DNA from: Tilletiaria anomala UBC 951
Taxonomy: Eukaryota
DNA length: 64,000 bases
Direction: 5' to 3'
Assembly (NCBI RefSeq): GCF_000711695.1
Contig: NW_013547016.1
Coordinates: forward strand, 186,001-250,000
Part shown: one piece after another, positions 61,058-64,000 of the stretch
How positions within the stretch are numbered: the first letter of the stretch is position 1
Layout: every line of letters begins with the position of its first letter
Program-made: the position numbers and the translations under genes
The notes under the pieces: model-generated
What the model was told of the DNA's origin: nothing
What the model saw: the letters and a program-made list of their open reading frames with translations, nothing else
Database searches by the model: none

Positions 61058-64000
61058 ATGCACTCACCGCCCTCTTACACAGCACACTCACGAGCACCTC
61101 CCTTCATTGCACCACAGCCTGGAGAAGTCCTGGCGGACGAGAAAGTAGGTTCGCTTTATGAGCTTCAAACGCCCTCGGCCCTTTCCCCGGGATCAACGGA
61201 TCAGCGTCAACGCAATGGACTTCAGCCGTTCTTGGGCCTGCGGGCCCGAATTTTTCTTGCCATGCTATCGCCCGCAATCCTCTCACTCCTGTTCATCATT
61301 GCTCGCCTGCTGGCCAACTCGGCGGATATCGACTCGCGCGTCGCAGTCGCCAAAGCAACCCTGATGAGCGACTGCCAGCGGGCGGAAGACGCGCTCACTT
61401 GGATGCAGAGCTGGCCGCACTTTGCGGCGGCTCGTGCAAATGAACGGACGCAAAAGGTGGTTGAAGGAACGGTCGAAGCCACGGGGAAGGTCCTCATGCT
61501 AGCGTGAGCACGGCACCTCTCATTTTCGTTGGTCTAGGGCTGTCTCCTGACTTTTTTCCATAGGATCACCGCCGTCGATGCAGTGTTGGTGTATATCGTC
61601 GACACCTACCGTTCACTCTTCCTTTGCGTCATCGAGCTGCTTGTCCGCGGGTCACTTGCGCTTGTAATGGAAGCCGTCGATCTGTTCAACGAGGCGGTTC
61701 AAGTCGGGGCAAACGCCATCAAAGCTGCTGTACAGGCATCAATCACGGCCATTAATGACACTGTCAAAGGGGTCCTCAGCATAGCCAATGACCTGCTTAA
61801 GCTCGTCGGGCAGAGCATCGACATTCCGCAGATTACAACGCCGGATTTGAGGTGCGGCAGTTGGACGGCACAGCAGGAATTGCGCACGTGGGCTGACAGT
61901 CCTTCTGGCTTGCACCTCACCAGCGCACTTGACAATGTGACTCTTCCGTCGAGCTTCCTGACCGGCTTGCAGGATCTCAACAGCTCGCTACCGACTTTAG
62001 ACGACCTTAGGCAAAAGGTGGACGCGCTGATCACGCAGCCGTTCGACCAGCTCAGAACGGATGTCAACGGAAGTGAGTGACACGGTCATAGAATTGCACA
62101 GGAGGGACAACACAGCAGAGTACTGAGCGTACTGTCGTCGCACAGCAATCAACAACTTCACCTTCGATACGTCCCTTTTGCCCGTTCCAACCGCTGCACC
62201 ACTGGCCTCGTTTTGCAACGGGCTAGGCAACACGCCACTGGACGACTTTGCGCGTGACCTGCGCAAGTTTACCTGGCTCGGAATTGGAATCATTGCAGCG
62301 ATCGCTCTGCTGCTCGCGTCTGCAATTGCTGTGAAGGAAGTTTGGGTGTGGCGCTGCATGCGGACACACGTGCAGCGCACACGAGAAGCGTTTCGGGCGG
62401 CCGAGAAGCCTTCCAACGGCTCTCGATCCGCATACTTGTCTGCTATCACCCAAGTCCCAGTGCCAGCGGAATCATGGCTGCACAACGATGATTCACTCTT
62501 CTCTCTGCTCCAGCTGTCGCACCACCCGCTGATTGCCAGCATTGTGTTGTGCGGTGGGCGTCATGTGGGCCTTCGCAGCAAGCGCAAGCTTGACGCGACG
62601 AGGTGGTACCTAGCGTGGCTGACGCACCCGGCGGCATTGACTGCTCTGGCGGTCGGTGTGGTGGGCCTTCTCACCACGCAACTGCAGATTTTAGCGCTGC
62701 AGGCTGTCGAGGGGCACTATCGAGATGTGAGTGCCACTATAAGCAAAGAAATGGAGGGGGGAGATGTGTCACGAGGGGCTGCGGCTGAAAACTGCTCACT
62801 CCTGCGGTCGCAGAAAGTGGGCGCTACTTTCGACGACGCGATGGATGGCATGTTTAACGGCCTGAATGCTAGCATGCGTGCAGCATCGGCGCAATTCGCA
62901 AACGAAACCAACACGGTGATTCTGCAGCGTCAGAGCGATCTCAACGATGTCCTTTTCTCCTGGGTAAATATCACCACATCGACAATGAATAACACCCTCA
63001 ACGAGTTTACAGATGCTGTCGCTGACATCATAAACGTGAGTCGTTTCCTCAACTCTTTCGCAAAGCTTCGCACACGCCGCTATGCTGACGCGAACTGTAC
63101 CTCTCGAACACTTTGTCGTCCACCAGTCGACCTTCGCAAACACACCACTGCTCGCGCCTGTTCAGACGTTTGTCAACTGCATCCTGCTGCGCAAGGTCGC
63201 GGGGATCGAGCAGGCGCTGACTTGGATCCAGGACAACGCACACGCCACATTTCCGCTCGTAGATGACGGCGCGCTCTTGCTGGACGCGTCGCAGCAGAAG
63301 GAGATCATGGCACAGGCCAAGGGCAGAGCAATCGGTGACAGCAGCGAGGGTGGGAGCGGGAGTGGTGGCGTCTTGGGCGAGATCGCCGGAGGGTACGAGA
63401 AGAGTTTGCAGAAGGAACGGATCATGTTTCTCTTCTTCGTGGGAATCTACGTCGTCGTCGCGCTCGTGGGACTGCACGCTATGCTCCTCGCATCGCACAG
63501 GCGCACGCGCAACAGCATGGGCCGGTCGGCAGGAACAACAGCCATCACCGTCGCCGCTGGGCCTGGAGTGAAAGCGCCATCGGTGCGACCGCGCTTCAAG
63601 ATGCGAAAGGCGGGAATCGACACGCTCCGCGGCCAGAGCATAGCAGCGCTCAATTTGCACCACGTGCCGTGCGACAGCGGTGGCGGCAGCGTTTCCGGAA
63701 GCGATGCTAGCGCTGCTGGGGTTGGTACTCATGGCGATAGCAAGGCGGGAAACGCGAACGCAGGATGGGTTCGGGCAAATACTGCCGCTGTGCAGCAACA
63801 GGAGCCACATTTCGATCATGGCTATGACTACAGCTACAGCTCCGGGTCCGGCTATGGATATAGCGCGACGGGCGGGCCCGCGTGGTGGGACCCGAGGCGG
63901 CACTATGACTCGGGCGCTACCCTTGATATTTCGGGTCTGCACACACGAGATAGCACACTGGAGTACCAACAGGACGTGGCGGATGCGTGTCTGCCTTTGG
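61058..64000 (+). CDS. PRM1: Plasma membrane fusion protein Prm1 (3' end outside the window)
   Basis: LQPFLGLRARIFLA, CQRAE..W..WPHF, YIVDTYRSLFLCVIEL.VRG, LFSWVNITTSTMNNTLN, FVNCIL.RKV.GIE.ALTWI; five introns. Confidence 0.92.

Noticed and set aside
1..64000. CRISPR arrays, tRNA or rRNA genes, intact mobile elements
   Set aside because: None recognised by eye; eukaryotic housekeeping region

Overview
Gene-dense eukaryotic DNA with short GT-AG introns and CTRAC-type branch points. It is fungal and most likely a basidiomycete of the Ustilaginomycotina, judged from an Rrm4-type protein and a smut-type pheromone response element (taxon is inference). I recognise about 23 protein-coding genes, in order: AP-3 delta (partial), C1-THF synthase, TIM54, VAM7, INCENP, MAK32/pfkB-like kinase, halide/thiol methyltransferase, Cwc23-like DnaJ, mitochondrial TrpRS, NHP2, cytochrome b5-like heme/steroid-binding protein, bystin, MPC2, eIF2B-alpha, DRS1, Rrm4, TPA1/Ofd1, chitin deacetylase, Dma1, a RING+RRM protein, an Mto2-like protein and PRM1 (partial). 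The best signal missing from the ORF track is at about 20.5-21.8 kb. It is a spliced non-coding host transcript, divergent from NHP2, whose introns carry box C/D snoRNAs with guides matching the yeast snR78, snR77 and snR73/U35 rRNA targets, plus a stray snR74-type guide and one intron with no assignable cargo. Other points of interest: a probable dual-start (mitochondrial/cytosolic) C1-THF synthase, a spliced orphan ORF, a decayed PRPP-synthetase-like gene and a pheromone response element upstream of PRM1. All calls are by eye with no database searches. Splice boundaries are inferred, and rRNA target sequences and numbering are recalled from yeast.
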